Of a stretch of 64,000 nt of DNA, positions 1 to 10,849 are shown piece by piece. Source of the DNA: Desulfatiglandales bacterium (lineage in GTDB: Bacteria > Desulfobacterota > DSM-4660 > Desulfatiglandales > Desulfatiglandaceae); NCBI GenBank assembly GCA_963662465.1, contig OY759599.1:6240001-6304000 (forward strand). Direction: 5' to 3'. The translations under genes were made by a program, and so were the position numbers. Position 1 is the first letter of the stretch. The number at the start of each line of letters is the position of its first letter. Under the pieces are notes generated by a model. That model was not told the DNA's origin. It saw only the letters and a program-made list of their open reading frames with translations, and searched no databases.

Positions 1-194
1 CGGTTTTGATCCGTTCCAAAAATGCTTTTGCGCTTTCAATGGACATGTGCGGTTCTCCTTTCCCGGTTTGGCGGTAATGGTTTGTTTGAACTAATCACTG
101 ATGGCAATTACAGCAAGGACCTGATCTGGTCAAATAAAAAAATGGCCATCTGTTTAGCGGACGCAACTGTTTTTTGGTTCCTCATCCCCCCGGA

Positions 195-1469
195 TCAAAT
201 GACCTTTCCTTGCCACAGATCATCTAAAAACATCCTCCAAGGAATAAGGATGATATTTCCATGAACCCGTTTTGTTTTCTCATTGCAAACAACGAATCCC
301 TTTCGAGGCGAATATTCTTCCATAAAGGCGGAGAGAGGCTTTAAACTTCTGTTATCTATACGGCTTGATCCCTTTATTTCTACCGCAATTTCTCCTTTTC
401 CCAAAATAAAATCGACTTCCATGCCTGATTTTGTTCTCCAGAAATTGATTTCGTATTCCAATTCGCTGTAGGAACTGTGTGCTATCATTTGCATTAAGAT
501 AAAATGTTCAAAGGCTTTTCCGAACAATTCTCCTTTTTCTTCATGCAGTTCCCGCTTGGTAATGGCGCCTGCAACGCCCACGTCAAAAAGGTAGAATTTT
601 GAAGCTTTGGTGATGGTTTGTCTGTTTTTCCTTTTCTTGAAGGGTTCCACCATTGTTCCCAGCAATGTGTCGACCAGTATCTGGTAATATTCTTTAACGG
701 TCTTGGAGTTTACACCGCATTCACGGGCGATATTTGAATAATTGGTCAGCTCACCGTGTGAATATCCCATGGCGTCAAAAAATCTGGAAAATGCGGGAAT
801 ATTGCGTGTCAATCCTTCATTGAAAACCTCCTCTTTGAGATAATCTCTTACATATGCCGTTAACGACTTTTTGCAATTATTTTGCAAATAATGAGTTGGA
901 ATTAACCCATGATTCAGTGCTCGGAGAAGATCGACATCACCGATTTCAACTGTCGTCAGAGGAAGCATTTCGTACCGCCATGCCCTTCCTCCCAACAAAT
1001 TGGCCTGACCTCGTTTTAATTTTCTTGCGCTCGATCCGCACAGGATAAATTGGAACCCTTTGTTCTCTATGAGCCAGTGCACTTCATCCAGAATCTGAGG
1101 GACCTTTTGTACTTCATCCAGTATGACGGGATGCCCTATCACGGTATCACCCTGCGCGAGCAGTTGTTCCCGCAGCAATGAGGGGTTTTTTGAAAATTCA
1201 ATAAATAAATCGGATTTAAGGAAATCATAAACCAGGCTGTGGGGGAATTTTTTCTTCAGGTAGGTTGATTTCCCGGTTTTTCTTGCCCCCCATAAAAACG
1301 CAGACTGCCTTGGGGGCAGATCAATATTCAAAACCCTGTCAATCATTTTCATTATCGGCATTGCCTCCAAAATAGTTTGACTATTTTGGAATATAGTACT
1401 CAATATTGCATCAATGTCAATAACATTATCTTGTATAACGTTGTTTCCATATTGACGCGCTGATGCCAA
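195..1469 (-). CDS. ATP-binding protein, AAA_14 + DUF4143 family (likely start at 1346 or 1352)
   Basis: Walker A GARKTGKS, Walker B ILDEVQK, GSSA, LLGGRA, KFYLFDVG, C-terminal EVDFI..VEIK nuclease-like motif. Confidence 0.85.
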   Translation of the reverse strand: MASARQYGNNVIQDNVIDIDAILSTIFQNSQTILEAMPIMKMIDRVLNIDLPPRQSAFLWGARKTGKSTYLKKKFPHSLVYDFLKSDLFIEFSKNPSLLREQLLAQGDTVIGHPVILDEVQKVPQILDEVHWLIENKGFQFILCGSSARKLKRGQANLLGGRAWRYEMLPLTTVEIGDVDLLRALNHGLIPTHYLQNNCKKSLTAYVRDYLKEEVFNEGLTRNIPAFSRFFDAMGYSHGELTNYSNIARECGVNSKTVKEYYQILVDTLLGTMVEPFKKRKNRQTITKASKFYLFDVGVAGAITKRELHEEKGELFGKAFEHFILMQMIAHSSYSELEYEINFWRTKSGMEVDFILGKGEIAVEIKGSSRIDNRSLKPLSAFMEEYSPRKGFVVCNEKTKRVHGNIILIPWRMFLDDLWQGKVI

Positions 1470-1621
1470 GGAAGTCAGTACTCGCCCGTCAGCCGTGAGC
1501 AGTGGAATATTGCGCGGGCGGAAACTTCTGAGACAAAAGGAAATAGAGGCAATATCGTCGGAAAGTCAATAAATCAAAAACGTCTCGCCATCCATCTCCA
1601 TCCCAACGAAAAACTTTACAA

Positions 1622-3346
1622 ATGGCAATGAATAGGATAATAGCTCAATTTAATTTAAACAAGTTCAGCATACATAATGCGCGACCCACTAACCGACAGA
1701 GAACAACGCTTATGACCCTCTTTCAAGGGGCTGGGAAAAGCCTCTTTTTTCTGCTGTTTTCAATCCTTGCATCGGCGTATCTCCTCTGCACATCAACCCT
1801 TGTTTATTCCGAACTCCAGGAAGCCGCCAAATCCGTGGATCAGGAGGTCCGGACGGGATTGGGCCTGATGCAAGCGGTCCAGGTAACACTCTATCAACAG
1901 CCTGAAGTCCTTATTCAGCAGCAAGAGGTGGAGGGTTCTCGCGGCAACCTCCGAATGGAAGCGGGTGCGTTTGATCCGAGCCTGACATCTTCCTTCCTCT
2001 ATCAGACGAACGAGTATGCGGCCACCTACTGGCAGCAGGCGCTGTACGGCATCGGCAACCGGAGCTATACCACCACGGGATCTTCCATCGGTTTAGAGAC
2101 CAGGTCCCGCTACGGGTTCAGTTTCGGCCCCAGCGTAGGCGTTACCCGCAATCACGGAATCACCGATTACTTGATGCCCACCAGTTACAACCAGGCCATT
2201 GTTGCCTTTACCGTTAATGTTCCCCTGCTCAAGGGGATGGGAAAGGAGGCGGCCGATGCCGGTGAAATGGCCGCCATGGAAGAACTGGAAGCCGGCATGC
2301 TGGACCTTGAGCAGACCATTAGCCGGAGTGTCATGAATACCACCCAGGCCTACTGGGGTTATCTCTCGGCACTGAGGCAGTTTGAGGTCTTTAAGGAAAT
2401 GGAAACGGATGCTGGGCAGACCCTGGAAGCCATAAGAGAATTGGTTAAGGGGGATGAACGGCCCGCCTCCGACCTGGATCCCTTTGAAGCCAACCTGGCC
2501 CAGAAAACATCCCAGCGCATCAATGCGGAGCAGACGCTTTTCGAGGCCAAGCAGAACCTGGGACTGGCCATGGGCCTGGCCTACACCGCCATTGACGATC
2601 TGCTCCTTCCCAAGGATGCCTTTCCCGATACCGTTTCAGGCGGCGCCAATTCCAACATTATGAATCCCGATGCGCTCTTTCAGGAAGCCCTTCGGAAGCG
2701 CCCGGATTTCCTTGCGCTCAAAAAACGGGAAAACGCCGCAAAAATTATGCTGACCGCCGCAAAAAACAATGTCCTCCCGCAGTTGGACATCAATGCGGGC
2801 GTGGGATATGCGGGGCTGGAAAACGGCGGCGAGGTGAACGACTATCTGAAATCCCTGGGCCAAAATGTCACAGGGGCCAACTACCAGGCGGGGATCCAGT
2901 TCAGCTATCCTTTCGGAAACAACGCGGCGGAGGGATTGGTGGTCCAGCGCAGATCCAATGTGCAAAAGGTGGTGATCCGGACCCGAGATTTGGCGCGAAA
3001 GATCAATTCCGGCATATTGGTGGCGGTACAGGCCCTGTGGCGGACTCTCCGGGAACTCCGGGAGACCCGCAATTCCATCGCCCATTACACAAAGGCGGTC
3101 TCCAGTGAACAGATCAAATTCAGCATGGGAATGGCCTCCGTGATGGATGTCATCAACATGCAGGACAGGCTTCGGGATGTCCGGCTGAGCGAGGTGACCC
3201 AGATGAACCGGTTCGCGGACGCCGTGGTGCGGTTGGGCTTCGAAACGGGAACCCTGGTCATGCCTGAAGGCGACACTTACAGGATCGAAATGAAAAACCT
3301 GACCTCACCCGGGTCCGCGGGGAGAACGGCCGATGACCGAAAATAA
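1622..3346 (+). CDS. TolC-family outer membrane efflux protein of the NHLP export module (start may be 1712)
   Basis: Hydrophobic N-terminal signal, OEP repeats (AYWGYL, RPD, LPQLDINAG); first gene of the secretion operon. Confidence 0.8.
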   Translation: MAMNRIIAQFNLNKFSIHNARPTNRQRTTLMTLFQGAGKSLFFLLFSILASAYLLCTSTLVYSELQEAAKSVDQEVRTGLGLMQAVQVTLYQQPEVLIQQQEVEGSRGNLRMEAGAFDPSLTSSFLYQTNEYAATYWQQALYGIGNRSYTTTGSSIGLETRSRYGFSFGPSVGVTRNHGITDYLMPTSYNQAIVAFTVNVPLLKGMGKEAADAGEMAAMEELEAGMLDLEQTISRSVMNTTQAYWGYLSALRQFEVFKEMETDAGQTLEAIRELVKGDERPASDLDPFEANLAQKTSQRINAEQTLFEAKQNLGLAMGLAYTAIDDLLLPKDAFPDTVSGGANSNIMNPDALFQEALRKRPDFLALKKRENAAKIMLTAAKNNVLPQLDINAGVGYAGLENGGEVNDYLKSLGQNVTGANYQAGIQFSYPFGNNAAEGLVVQRRSNVQKVVIRTRDLARKINSGILVAVQALWRTLRELRETRNSIAHYTKAVSSEQIKFSMGMASVMDVINMQDRLRDVRLSEVTQMNRFADAVVRLGFETGTLVMPEGDTYRIEMKNLTSPGSAGRTADDRK

Positions 3347-4637
3347 GGCCGCAAAGCGTCTGTTTCGGAAGGTGGCGCTGGAACATCTCTCCCTGCCCGA
3401 ACAGCTGGACCAGTTGATGCGGATCACAAGCCCCACCGGTTGGGTGGCCCTGGTGGCCATAGGCCTTCTCCTGGCTTGTGGAATCCTGTGGGGTATTTGG
3501 GGGTCTATTCCCACAAAGGTGGAGGGTTCCGGAATCCTCATGAGCCGCGGCGGAATCTTCTCCATCTCAGCTAGGGCTTCAGGGAGCGTACAGGCCATCC
3601 GCTTGAATGAAGGCGATGAAGTGGAAGCGGGCCAGGTGGTGGTGGTTATCGGGCAACCGGATATTCGAGACAAGATTCTGGCCGGCAACAACAAAGTCCG
3701 CGACCTGAAAACCCAGTACCAACAGCACCGTGCCTTCAGCGAAAAGGAAATGGCCCTTGAGGAACATTCCATTGCCGAACAGCGTACCAATTTGCTTCAA
3801 ACCAATGAAAGCCTGAATGCTCAGCTGAAACTGCTCCGAAAGCGCCTTAAAGACCAGAAACGCCTGGTGGAACTGGGCCTGATTACGCGAATGAAGGTGT
3901 TGGAGACCCGAATTGAAATAGACAACCGAGCCGAAAAGATCAGACAGAACAACAACCAGATTAAACAGCTTTCCATCCAGAAGCTTCAGGCTCAAAACCG
4001 GATCCGGGAAGAACTCTTGGGCCTGGAAAATCAGATTCAAATGGCCCAGGACGAACTTGAAGGCTTTCAAAACAGCCTCCGGATGGATTCCAAGGTCATC
4101 AGCGTATTCACGGGCAGGGTTATCAGCGTGGATGTGGCGCTGGGGGATGTGGTACAGACCGGATCGCGGCTGATGACCATCGAAAAAACAGGGCAACATT
4201 CCCGGTTTCTGCAGGCGATTTTGTATGTTCCGGCAAACCAGGGTAAACGGATCGTAACGGGCATGAGGGTTCATGTGTCCCCCTCAACCGTGAAAAAGGA
4301 CCAGTACGGTTCCATCATGGGACTGGTGACCTACGTCTCCGCGTTTCCCACCAACCGGGAAGCCATGAAACGGGCACTTCTGAACGAAAAAATGGTGGAG
4401 GAACTCTCGAAAAACGGACCGCCCAGTGAGGTCAAGGTGGCACTGGTGCCCGATTCACTTACTTATAGCTGGTATAAATGGACATCGTCCGATGGTCCGC
4501 CCGTTTCCATCCTTGCGGGAACCATGTGTACGGCGACCGCCATTGTGAAGCGGCAGCCGCCCATTCAGCTGGTCATTCCCCTCATGAAAAAATATTTGAT
4601 GGGTGTCGATGAGGACCCCACGCCGTGGGGAGAGTAG
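3333..4637 (+). CDS. NHLP bacteriocin system secretion protein (HlyD/MFP family)
   Basis: LFRKVALEHLSLPEQLDQLMRITSP N-terminus, TM helix, coiled coil, SPSTVKKDQYGSIMG and YKWTSSDGP motifs. Confidence 0.9.
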   Translation: MTENKAAKRLFRKVALEHLSLPEQLDQLMRITSPTGWVALVAIGLLLACGILWGIWGSIPTKVEGSGILMSRGGIFSISARASGSVQAIRLNEGDEVEAGQVVVVIGQPDIRDKILAGNNKVRDLKTQYQQHRAFSEKEMALEEHSIAEQRTNLLQTNESLNAQLKLLRKRLKDQKRLVELGLITRMKVLETRIEIDNRAEKIRQNNNQIKQLSIQKLQAQNRIREELLGLENQIQMAQDELEGFQNSLRMDSKVISVFTGRVISVDVALGDVVQTGSRLMTIEKTGQHSRFLQAILYVPANQGKRIVTGMRVHVSPSTVKKDQYGSIMGLVTYVSAFPTNREAMKRALLNEKMVEELSKNGPPSEVKVALVPDSLTYSWYKWTSSDGPPVSILAGTMCTATAIVKRQPPIQLVIPLMKKYLMGVDEDPTPWGE

Positions 4638-4640
4638 CTG

Positions 4641-6821
4641 ATGGCGCACTCCTCCGGGGCCTGGAAAAGGCGACGCGTCAAAACCCCCACCGTGCTTCAG
4701 ATGGAGGCGGCGGAGTGCGGTGCGGCCAGTCTTGCCATGGTCCTGGCATATCACGGACTTTACGTGCCCCTTGAGGTGTTGCGGGTCCAGTGCGGCGTAT
4801 CCCGGGACGGGAGCAAAGCCAGCAATATCGTCAAGGCGGCCCAAAAGTACGGTATGACGGCCAAAGGGTTTCGCAAGGAACCCGAAACCCTGAAAGGCTT
4901 GCCGCTGCCCATGATCCTTTTCTGGAATTTTAATCACTTTATCGTTCTTGAAGGCATCAAGGGGAATCGTGCGTACCTCAACGATCCCGCGGCCGGCCCG
5001 AAAAAAATATCCATGGACCAACTGAATAAATCCTTTACGGGGGTTGTGCTCACCTTCGAGCCCGGGGAAGACTTTAAAAAAGGAGGCGAGAAGCGCAATG
5101 TCTTTAGATCGCTGAGACGCCGGTTTTCCGGCTGCGGGAAAGCCCTGGCTTATGTGGTGCTGGCGGGCCTTTTTCTGATGATACCGGGTTTGGTTTTTCC
5201 CACCTATACCAAAATATTTTTAGACAATGTGCTCATGGACGGCTATACGTCCTGGCTCAGACCCCTCCTGTTGGCCATGGGCATTACGGCCCTGACCAGT
5301 TTTGCCTTGACCTGGCTTCAGCGTTATTTTCTCCTTCGATTTGAATTGCGGTTGTCCCTGAGTGGATCGACCCGGTTTTTTCACCACATATTGCGCCTTC
5401 CCATCCCCTACTTTGCCCAGCGTTTCGCGGGAGATCTGGCAGGCCGCGTACACTTGAACGACAAGGTGGCCCAGCTCCTTTCGGGTCAGTTGGCCGTCAC
5501 CATGATTCATCTGATCACGGCAATATTTTATCTGGTTGTCATGCTTCAGTACAGCATCCTTCTGAGCATGATCGGCATCGGGTTTGCCATGTTGAACCTG
5601 GTGGCATTGAAAGTGGCTTCCTATCGCAGGAAGAATGTCAACATGGCCCTTCAACAGGATATGGGAAAACTCATGGGACACACCATGACCGGTCTCCAGA
5701 TGATTGAAACCCTGAAAGCGGGGGGGGCGGAGGCGGATTTCTTCACCCTGTGGGCCGGTTATCAGACCAAAGTGGTCAATTCGCAGCAGAAGCTGTCCGT
5801 TTCCACCCAGCTCCTCTCCGCTATTCCCCCGACGCTCCTCTCCCTCAACCACACCATCATGTTGTTTTTCGGGGCCATCCTGATCATGGACGGACAGATG
5901 ACCATCGGCATGCTCTTTGCGTTCCAGATTCTGATGATGGGCTTCATGCAACCCTTCAGCCATTTCGTGGACATGGGAAGCCGGATGCAGGAGATCCATG
6001 CCGATATCAACCGTCTGGAAGATGTGACGGCCAACCCCGTGGATGAGGCATGTTCGGGAACTCGGGTGAATCCGAAAGATTTCCCTGACGTATGCGTAAA
6101 ACTGGACGGTCAACTTGAAATGAAAAACATCACCTTCGGGTACAGTCCGCTGGAACCGCCGCTGATCAGGGATTTTAACCTGACGTTAAATCCCTGTGCC
6201 CGGGTGGCGCTGGTGGGCGCCTCGGGATCGGGTAAATCCACGGTGGCGAAATTGGCAGCCGGTCTCTATGAGCCCTGGGAGGGAGAAATTTTGCTGGACG
6301 GTCGACCCATCGCTTCCATTCCCAGACAGGTCTTTGCACACTCCGTGGCCATGGTTGATCAGGATATCTTTCTCTTTGAAGGGACCATTCGTGAAAACCT
6401 GACCATGTGGGATGCGACCCTTCCGGAAAACGCTTTGATTCGGGCAACCACGGATGCCTGTATTCATGACGACATCCTGGGACGTCCAGATGGATACGGG
6501 GGCCGGGTTGATGAAGGGGGCGCCAATTTCAGTGGTGGGCAGGCCCAACGGCTGGAAATCGCCAGGGGATTATCCGGGAATCCGGCACTGCTGATCCTGG
6601 ACGAGGCCACCAGCGCCCTGGATCCGGAAACGGAAGCAAGGGTGGACAACCATTTAAGACGACGGGGCGTCAGCTGCCTGATCATCGCCCATCGCCTGAG
6701 CACCATCAGGGATTGCGACGAGATTATTGTTCTGGATGGGGGGGTGGTGGTTCAGCGGGGCACACACCGGGAACTGCAGGGTCAAGAAGGGGTTTATGCC
6801 GAACTCATCAAATCACAGTGA
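4641..6821 (+). CDS. NHLP export ABC transporter with C39 peptidase/permease/ATPase domains
   Basis: LQMEAAECGAASL C39 catalytic Cys, WNFNHF His, GASGSGKS, FSGGQ, LILDEATS. Confidence 0.93.
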   Translation: MAHSSGAWKRRRVKTPTVLQMEAAECGAASLAMVLAYHGLYVPLEVLRVQCGVSRDGSKASNIVKAAQKYGMTAKGFRKEPETLKGLPLPMILFWNFNHFIVLEGIKGNRAYLNDPAAGPKKISMDQLNKSFTGVVLTFEPGEDFKKGGEKRNVFRSLRRRFSGCGKALAYVVLAGLFLMIPGLVFPTYTKIFLDNVLMDGYTSWLRPLLLAMGITALTSFALTWLQRYFLLRFELRLSLSGSTRFFHHILRLPIPYFAQRFAGDLAGRVHLNDKVAQLLSGQLAVTMIHLITAIFYLVVMLQYSILLSMIGIGFAMLNLVALKVASYRRKNVNMALQQDMGKLMGHTMTGLQMIETLKAGGAEADFFTLWAGYQTKVVNSQQKLSVSTQLLSAIPPTLLSLNHTIMLFFGAILIMDGQMTIGMLFAFQILMMGFMQPFSHFVDMGSRMQEIHADINRLEDVTANPVDEACSGTRVNPKDFPDVCVKLDGQLEMKNITFGYSPLEPPLIRDFNLTLNPCARVALVGASGSGKSTVAKLAAGLYEPWEGEILLDGRPIASIPRQVFAHSVAMVDQDIFLFEGTIRENLTMWDATLPENALIRATTDACIHDDILGRPDGYGGRVDEGGANFSGGQAQRLEIARGLSGNPALLILDEATSALDPETEARVDNHLRRRGVSCLIIAHRLSTIRDCDEIIVLDGGVVVQRGTHRELQGQEGVYAELIKSQ

Positions 6822-9522
6822 TCGGGCTACACCGACCTCCGATCTCCGACCTCCGACCTTTGTCTTTTCCGGCGGCGATCCCTTGGAAATCGCCGGAAAC
6901 AGGCCTCTGTTCGCCGTGGACGCGGATTCCTTTTGGATTGTCAAAAGGGGGGAAGTCGATCTTTTTGCCGTTAGACTGGAAAACGGTAAAGCCGTAGGTC
7001 CAAGGCGCCATCTGTTCTGGGCAGGTGTCGGGGATTTTATTTTCGGCGCCGCCCTTAAGGAAAAAACCCATGTTCTGAGCATCATGGCCGTGGGAAAGCC
7101 GGGTACGAAATTAACCCGATATGACCGAACGGTCCTCAAGGGCGCGTTGGAATCCCCGGAACCGTCAAAGGCCGTGCTTTCGGGCGTGGAGACATGGGTT
7201 GCCAGGATGTCCGGTGTCACCGGGTTTTCAGCCGGGAATGGTTTGGGCGGCAAAGCGTTTGACACGGCGCTTGATGGTTTTCATGAAACCGTCCTTCAAG
7301 GTATTTCCGAGGGAGAAGAAAAGGACCGGATTAAAGATCGATTGCATTTTGACCAGCGGATCATGCAAGATTTTCGAGGGCTGGAAAAGACCCTTTTCCA
7401 TTTGGGCGCCACCTTGTTTCGGAAGGGGAAAACCGCTCTTCAACCGAGCGGCAAAGGCTCTTCCCTTTTGGTGTCGGCAGTGGCGGTTGCACAAGCCTGC
7501 GGTATTGAGACGGGGAAACTCTCAGATGCCGTGGCCCGGAGGCAAGACGACCTGACCCTGGATTATATTGCCAGGGCCGGCAATTTCTTCACCCGCCCGG
7601 TGGTTCTCACACCCGGGTGGTCCGGTGAAGACAACGGCCCCCTGCTGGGGCGGCTGGAGGATGAAAAGGGCGAACGGTTCGTGGCCTTGCTGCCCACATC
7701 CCCCACCCGCTATGTGCTGTTCGACCCGGAAAATGGGACCCGCATTCCCATGACCCGGGGGTTGGAGGAACGGATCCACGGGATTGCCCATACCTTCTAT
7801 CGACCGCTCCCGCCCGAATCCCTCACCATTCGCCATATCCTGCGATTCGTCCTGGCGGGGGTTTGGCGCGACCTGACCATGATGGCCCTGGTGGGCGCGG
7901 CCGGGGCGCTATTGGCCCTGTTGATTCCCATTATGACGGGGGTCATCATCGACTCGGTGATTCCTGAAGCCAACCGGAGCCAACTGCTCCAGATTGGTCT
8001 GATTCTGCTGGTGAGTGTTTTTGCCGCGTTTATGTTCCAGATTACCCGGGCCATTGCCATGGTTCGCGTGGAGGGGCGAATGGATGCGGGGTTTCAGGCG
8101 GCGGTCCTGGACCGCCTGCTGAACCTGCCGATCCCTTTTTTCCGCAAGTTTACGGCGGGTGATCTGGCCAACCGGACCATGGGCATCAACTACATTCGCC
8201 AGATTCTTTCAGGCGCCACCCTCACCACCGCCATGACGAGCATTTTCTCTTCCTTCAACCTGATCGTCATGTTTATCTATGACTGGCATCTCGCCCTCAT
8301 AGGCCTCTGCATGATCCTGATTACCCTCATCATTTCAGGGGGACTCAGTATTTCCATGATCCGGTATCAAAGACAGGTTTTTGATATCGAGGGGAAAAAT
8401 GCCGGCATTGTCTTCCAACTCCTTACCGGGATTGCCAAACTGCGCATGACCGGGACGGAAGACCGGGCCTTCGGGGTGTGGGCCGAAAATTTTGCAAAGA
8501 AAAAGATCATCGATTTCAAGTCCGGAAAAATCAATGCGGCCCTGGATACGGCCACTTCTTTTATCCCAATGGTATCCACCATGCTGATTTTCTGGTTTTT
8601 CTTAAAATCCCGCATGACGGGCATGAGCACCGGCCATTTTTTGGCGTTCAATGCAGCCTTTACCAGTTTTCAGATGGCATTGGTCCAGACCACACTGGTT
8701 TTTTCCAGCCTTCTCCACATCATTCCCCTGTGGGAGCGGGCAAAACCGATCCTCGCAACCGTACCCGAGAGGTTCGATGCCGGGACTGCAGCCCCCCGTC
8801 TTAGCGGCAGCCTTACGGTGGACCATGTTGCCTTTCGTTACAGTGAGGATGGACCAAAGGTTCTGAAAGAGGTGAGCCTCAAGATCGCTCCCGGTGAATT
8901 CGTCGCGGTGGTGGGAGGCTCAGGCTCCGGGAAATCGACGCTTCTCCGTATTCTACTGGGGTTTGAAAAACCGGAGTCGGGAGTCGTTTACTATGACCGC
9001 CATGATCTGGCGCACCTGGATGTGAAAAGCGTTCGCAGACAAATGGGAGTGGTCCTTCAGAATGGGCAGGTGATGCCCGGAAGCATCCTCAAGAATATTA
9101 CGGGCGCCGCCGATCTCACCCTGGAGGATGCCTGGGTTGCGGCCCGTATGGTGGGGCTGGACAAGGATATCGAGGCCATGCCCATGGGCATGTATACGGT
9201 CGTTCCGGCAGGGGGAGGGACCCTTTCCGGAGGACAGCGTCAACGACTCATTATTGCCAGAGCCGTTGTGAGAAAACCTCGCATTCTGCTTTTTGATGAG
9301 GCCACCAGCGCCTTGGACAATCTCACCCAGGCCATTGTCATGAAAAGCCTCGATGGACTGGAAGTGACGCGGCTGGTGATTGCCCACCGGCTCAGCACCA
9401 TCACCAACGCCGATCGGATTTATGTCATGGAACGGGGGAAAATTGTGGAATCGGGAACCTACGACGAACTCATGGAAGCGAAAGGCTATTTCCACCAGCT
9501 TGCCATACGGCAGATTGCGTAA
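6796..9522 (+). CDS. NHLP export ABC transporter permease/ATPase (peptidase-less partner)
   Basis: GPRRHLF, DNGPLLG, FYRPLP motifs; GGSGSGKS, LSGGQ; ATG 6796 follows AGAAGGGG (ORF track starts at 6727). Confidence 0.9.
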   Translation: MPNSSNHSDRATPTSDLRPPTFVFSGGDPLEIAGNRPLFAVDADSFWIVKRGEVDLFAVRLENGKAVGPRRHLFWAGVGDFIFGAALKEKTHVLSIMAVGKPGTKLTRYDRTVLKGALESPEPSKAVLSGVETWVARMSGVTGFSAGNGLGGKAFDTALDGFHETVLQGISEGEEKDRIKDRLHFDQRIMQDFRGLEKTLFHLGATLFRKGKTALQPSGKGSSLLVSAVAVAQACGIETGKLSDAVARRQDDLTLDYIARAGNFFTRPVVLTPGWSGEDNGPLLGRLEDEKGERFVALLPTSPTRYVLFDPENGTRIPMTRGLEERIHGIAHTFYRPLPPESLTIRHILRFVLAGVWRDLTMMALVGAAGALLALLIPIMTGVIIDSVIPEANRSQLLQIGLILLVSVFAAFMFQITRAIAMVRVEGRMDAGFQAAVLDRLLNLPIPFFRKFTAGDLANRTMGINYIRQILSGATLTTAMTSIFSSFNLIVMFIYDWHLALIGLCMILITLIISGGLSISMIRYQRQVFDIEGKNAGIVFQLLTGIAKLRMTGTEDRAFGVWAENFAKKKIIDFKSGKINAALDTATSFIPMVSTMLIFWFFLKSRMTGMSTGHFLAFNAAFTSFQMALVQTTLVFSSLLHIIPLWERAKPILATVPERFDAGTAAPRLSGSLTVDHVAFRYSEDGPKVLKEVSLKIAPGEFVAVVGGSGSGKSTLLRILLGFEKPESGVVYYDRHDLAHLDVKSVRRQMGVVLQNGQVMPGSILKNITGAADLTLEDAWVAARMVGLDKDIEAMPMGMYTVVPAGGGTLSGGQRQRLIIARAVVRKPRILLFDEATSALDNLTQAIVMKSLDGLEVTRLVIAHRLSTITNADRIYVMERGKIVESGTYDELMEAKGYFHQLAIRQIA

Positions 9523-9537
9523 TAAGAGGATCATTTT

Positions 9538-10737
9538 ATGACCTACAGACTGACGACAATCCTGATGGTTCTGCTCATTTTCCTCGCCTCCTGTATTGTG
9601 CCCGAAGACCCGGCCAGGGAACGGGAGGAACGGGCAAAACAGGTCCGAGGGGATATCCTTGTGGGCGCCGTGGCGCCCTGGTCCGCCATCGACGTCCTCC
9701 TGTGGGAAGGCATCGCCATGGCCGTTGATGAAATCAACCATTCGGGGGGTCTTTCGGGCCGGAAAATCCGGGTCCTCAAGCGGGATGATGAAAGCACCGT
9801 CAAAAAGGGGATCCTGATTGCACAGGAATTTGGAGAAAACCCCGATCTGGCGGCGGTGGTGGGACATTATGAATCGTTCATTACCCTGCCGGCTTCCGTT
9901 GTTTATCAGTATTACGGTATCCTGATGCTCTCCAGCGTGGATACCAACCCCGGTCTCACGCGGCAGGGGTTCCCCCTGGTCTTCCGGACCGTCCCCAACG
10001 ACATCGAGTATGGAAAAAGACTGGCCGATTTCTGCCGCCAAAAAGGGTATAATCAGTTGCTGGTGATGCTTCAGCGGAGCGAGTACGGCAGGGATTTTTC
10101 AGACGCTTTTGCCACGGTGGCCCAGAGTGCGGCGCTCAACATTTTAGACGGCGCCTCATACGATCGGATGACCAGCGAGAAGGAACTTCAAGGAATCCTA
10201 AAGCTCTGGAAGGAGCGCTATACATTTGATGCCATCCTTCTCTCCGGCGAACTGCCCCGGTCCGCCGCCATCATTCGTGAAGCACGGCTCATGGGGATCC
10301 AACAACCGATCATCGGCGGCATCGCCATGGACCAGAAACGGATTTTGACCCTGGTGGGGAAAGAGACGAAAGACGTGTTTCTCCCCACCAATTTTTATCC
10401 CCATTCAAAATCGACTGAAGTTGAGCGGTTTGTGAAGAACTTTCAAAAACGATACGGCCGTATGCCCGATGTCATGGCGGCCCAGGGGTATGACACGATT
10501 CACGCCCTGGCGTATGCCATCAAAAAGGCCGGATCCACCGTACCGTCTGAAATGGCCAAGGCCCTCCGGTCGGCGGATAATCTGCGAGGCGCCACTGGAA
10601 ACCTGCGGTTTTCAAAGGATGGGGACCGCGTCATGGACAAGATTTTCATCAAGATGATGGAAAACGGGCAATTCGTCTACCTCAACCCTCAATCAGAGGA
10701 AGAAGGGCGGATGTCGAATGCAGTGAAAGGGAAATGA
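9538..10737 (+). CDS. Branched-chain amino acid (LivK/LivJ-like) substrate-binding lipoprotein
   Basis: Lipobox LASC, AVDEINHSGGLSGRKI, FRTVPND, AAQGYD, GATG motifs; SD GAGGA. Confidence 0.8.
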   Translation: MTYRLTTILMVLLIFLASCIVPEDPAREREERAKQVRGDILVGAVAPWSAIDVLLWEGIAMAVDEINHSGGLSGRKIRVLKRDDESTVKKGILIAQEFGENPDLAAVVGHYESFITLPASVVYQYYGILMLSSVDTNPGLTRQGFPLVFRTVPNDIEYGKRLADFCRQKGYNQLLVMLQRSEYGRDFSDAFATVAQSAALNILDGASYDRMTSEKELQGILKLWKERYTFDAILLSGELPRSAAIIREARLMGIQQPIIGGIAMDQKRILTLVGKETKDVFLPTNFYPHSKSTEVERFVKNFQKRYGRMPDVMAAQGYDTIHALAYAIKKAGSTVPSEMAKALRSADNLRGATGNLRFSKDGDRVMDKIFIKMMENGQFVYLNPQSEEEGRMSNAVKGK

Positions 10738-10758
10738 GGAGCCCTCAGGGGCTCCTTC
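10737..10758. terminator. Hairpin between convergent operons, probable terminator
   Basis: GGAGCCC-TCAG-GGGCTCC directly after the stop of 9538..10737. Confidence 0.5.
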
Positions 10759-10849
10759 AAAAATGAATTCCGGAGAATTGATGCTCAAATTTGGATCAGA
10801 CTCTATCAAAAAATCAACCACCACCCGGAAGACATCGACCCGTGCCGGC

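Noticed and set aside
2359..10041. Long antisense ORFs (e.g. 8953..10041, 5220..6113, also 20738..21487)
   Set aside because: Shadow frames of well-supported genes with no motifs
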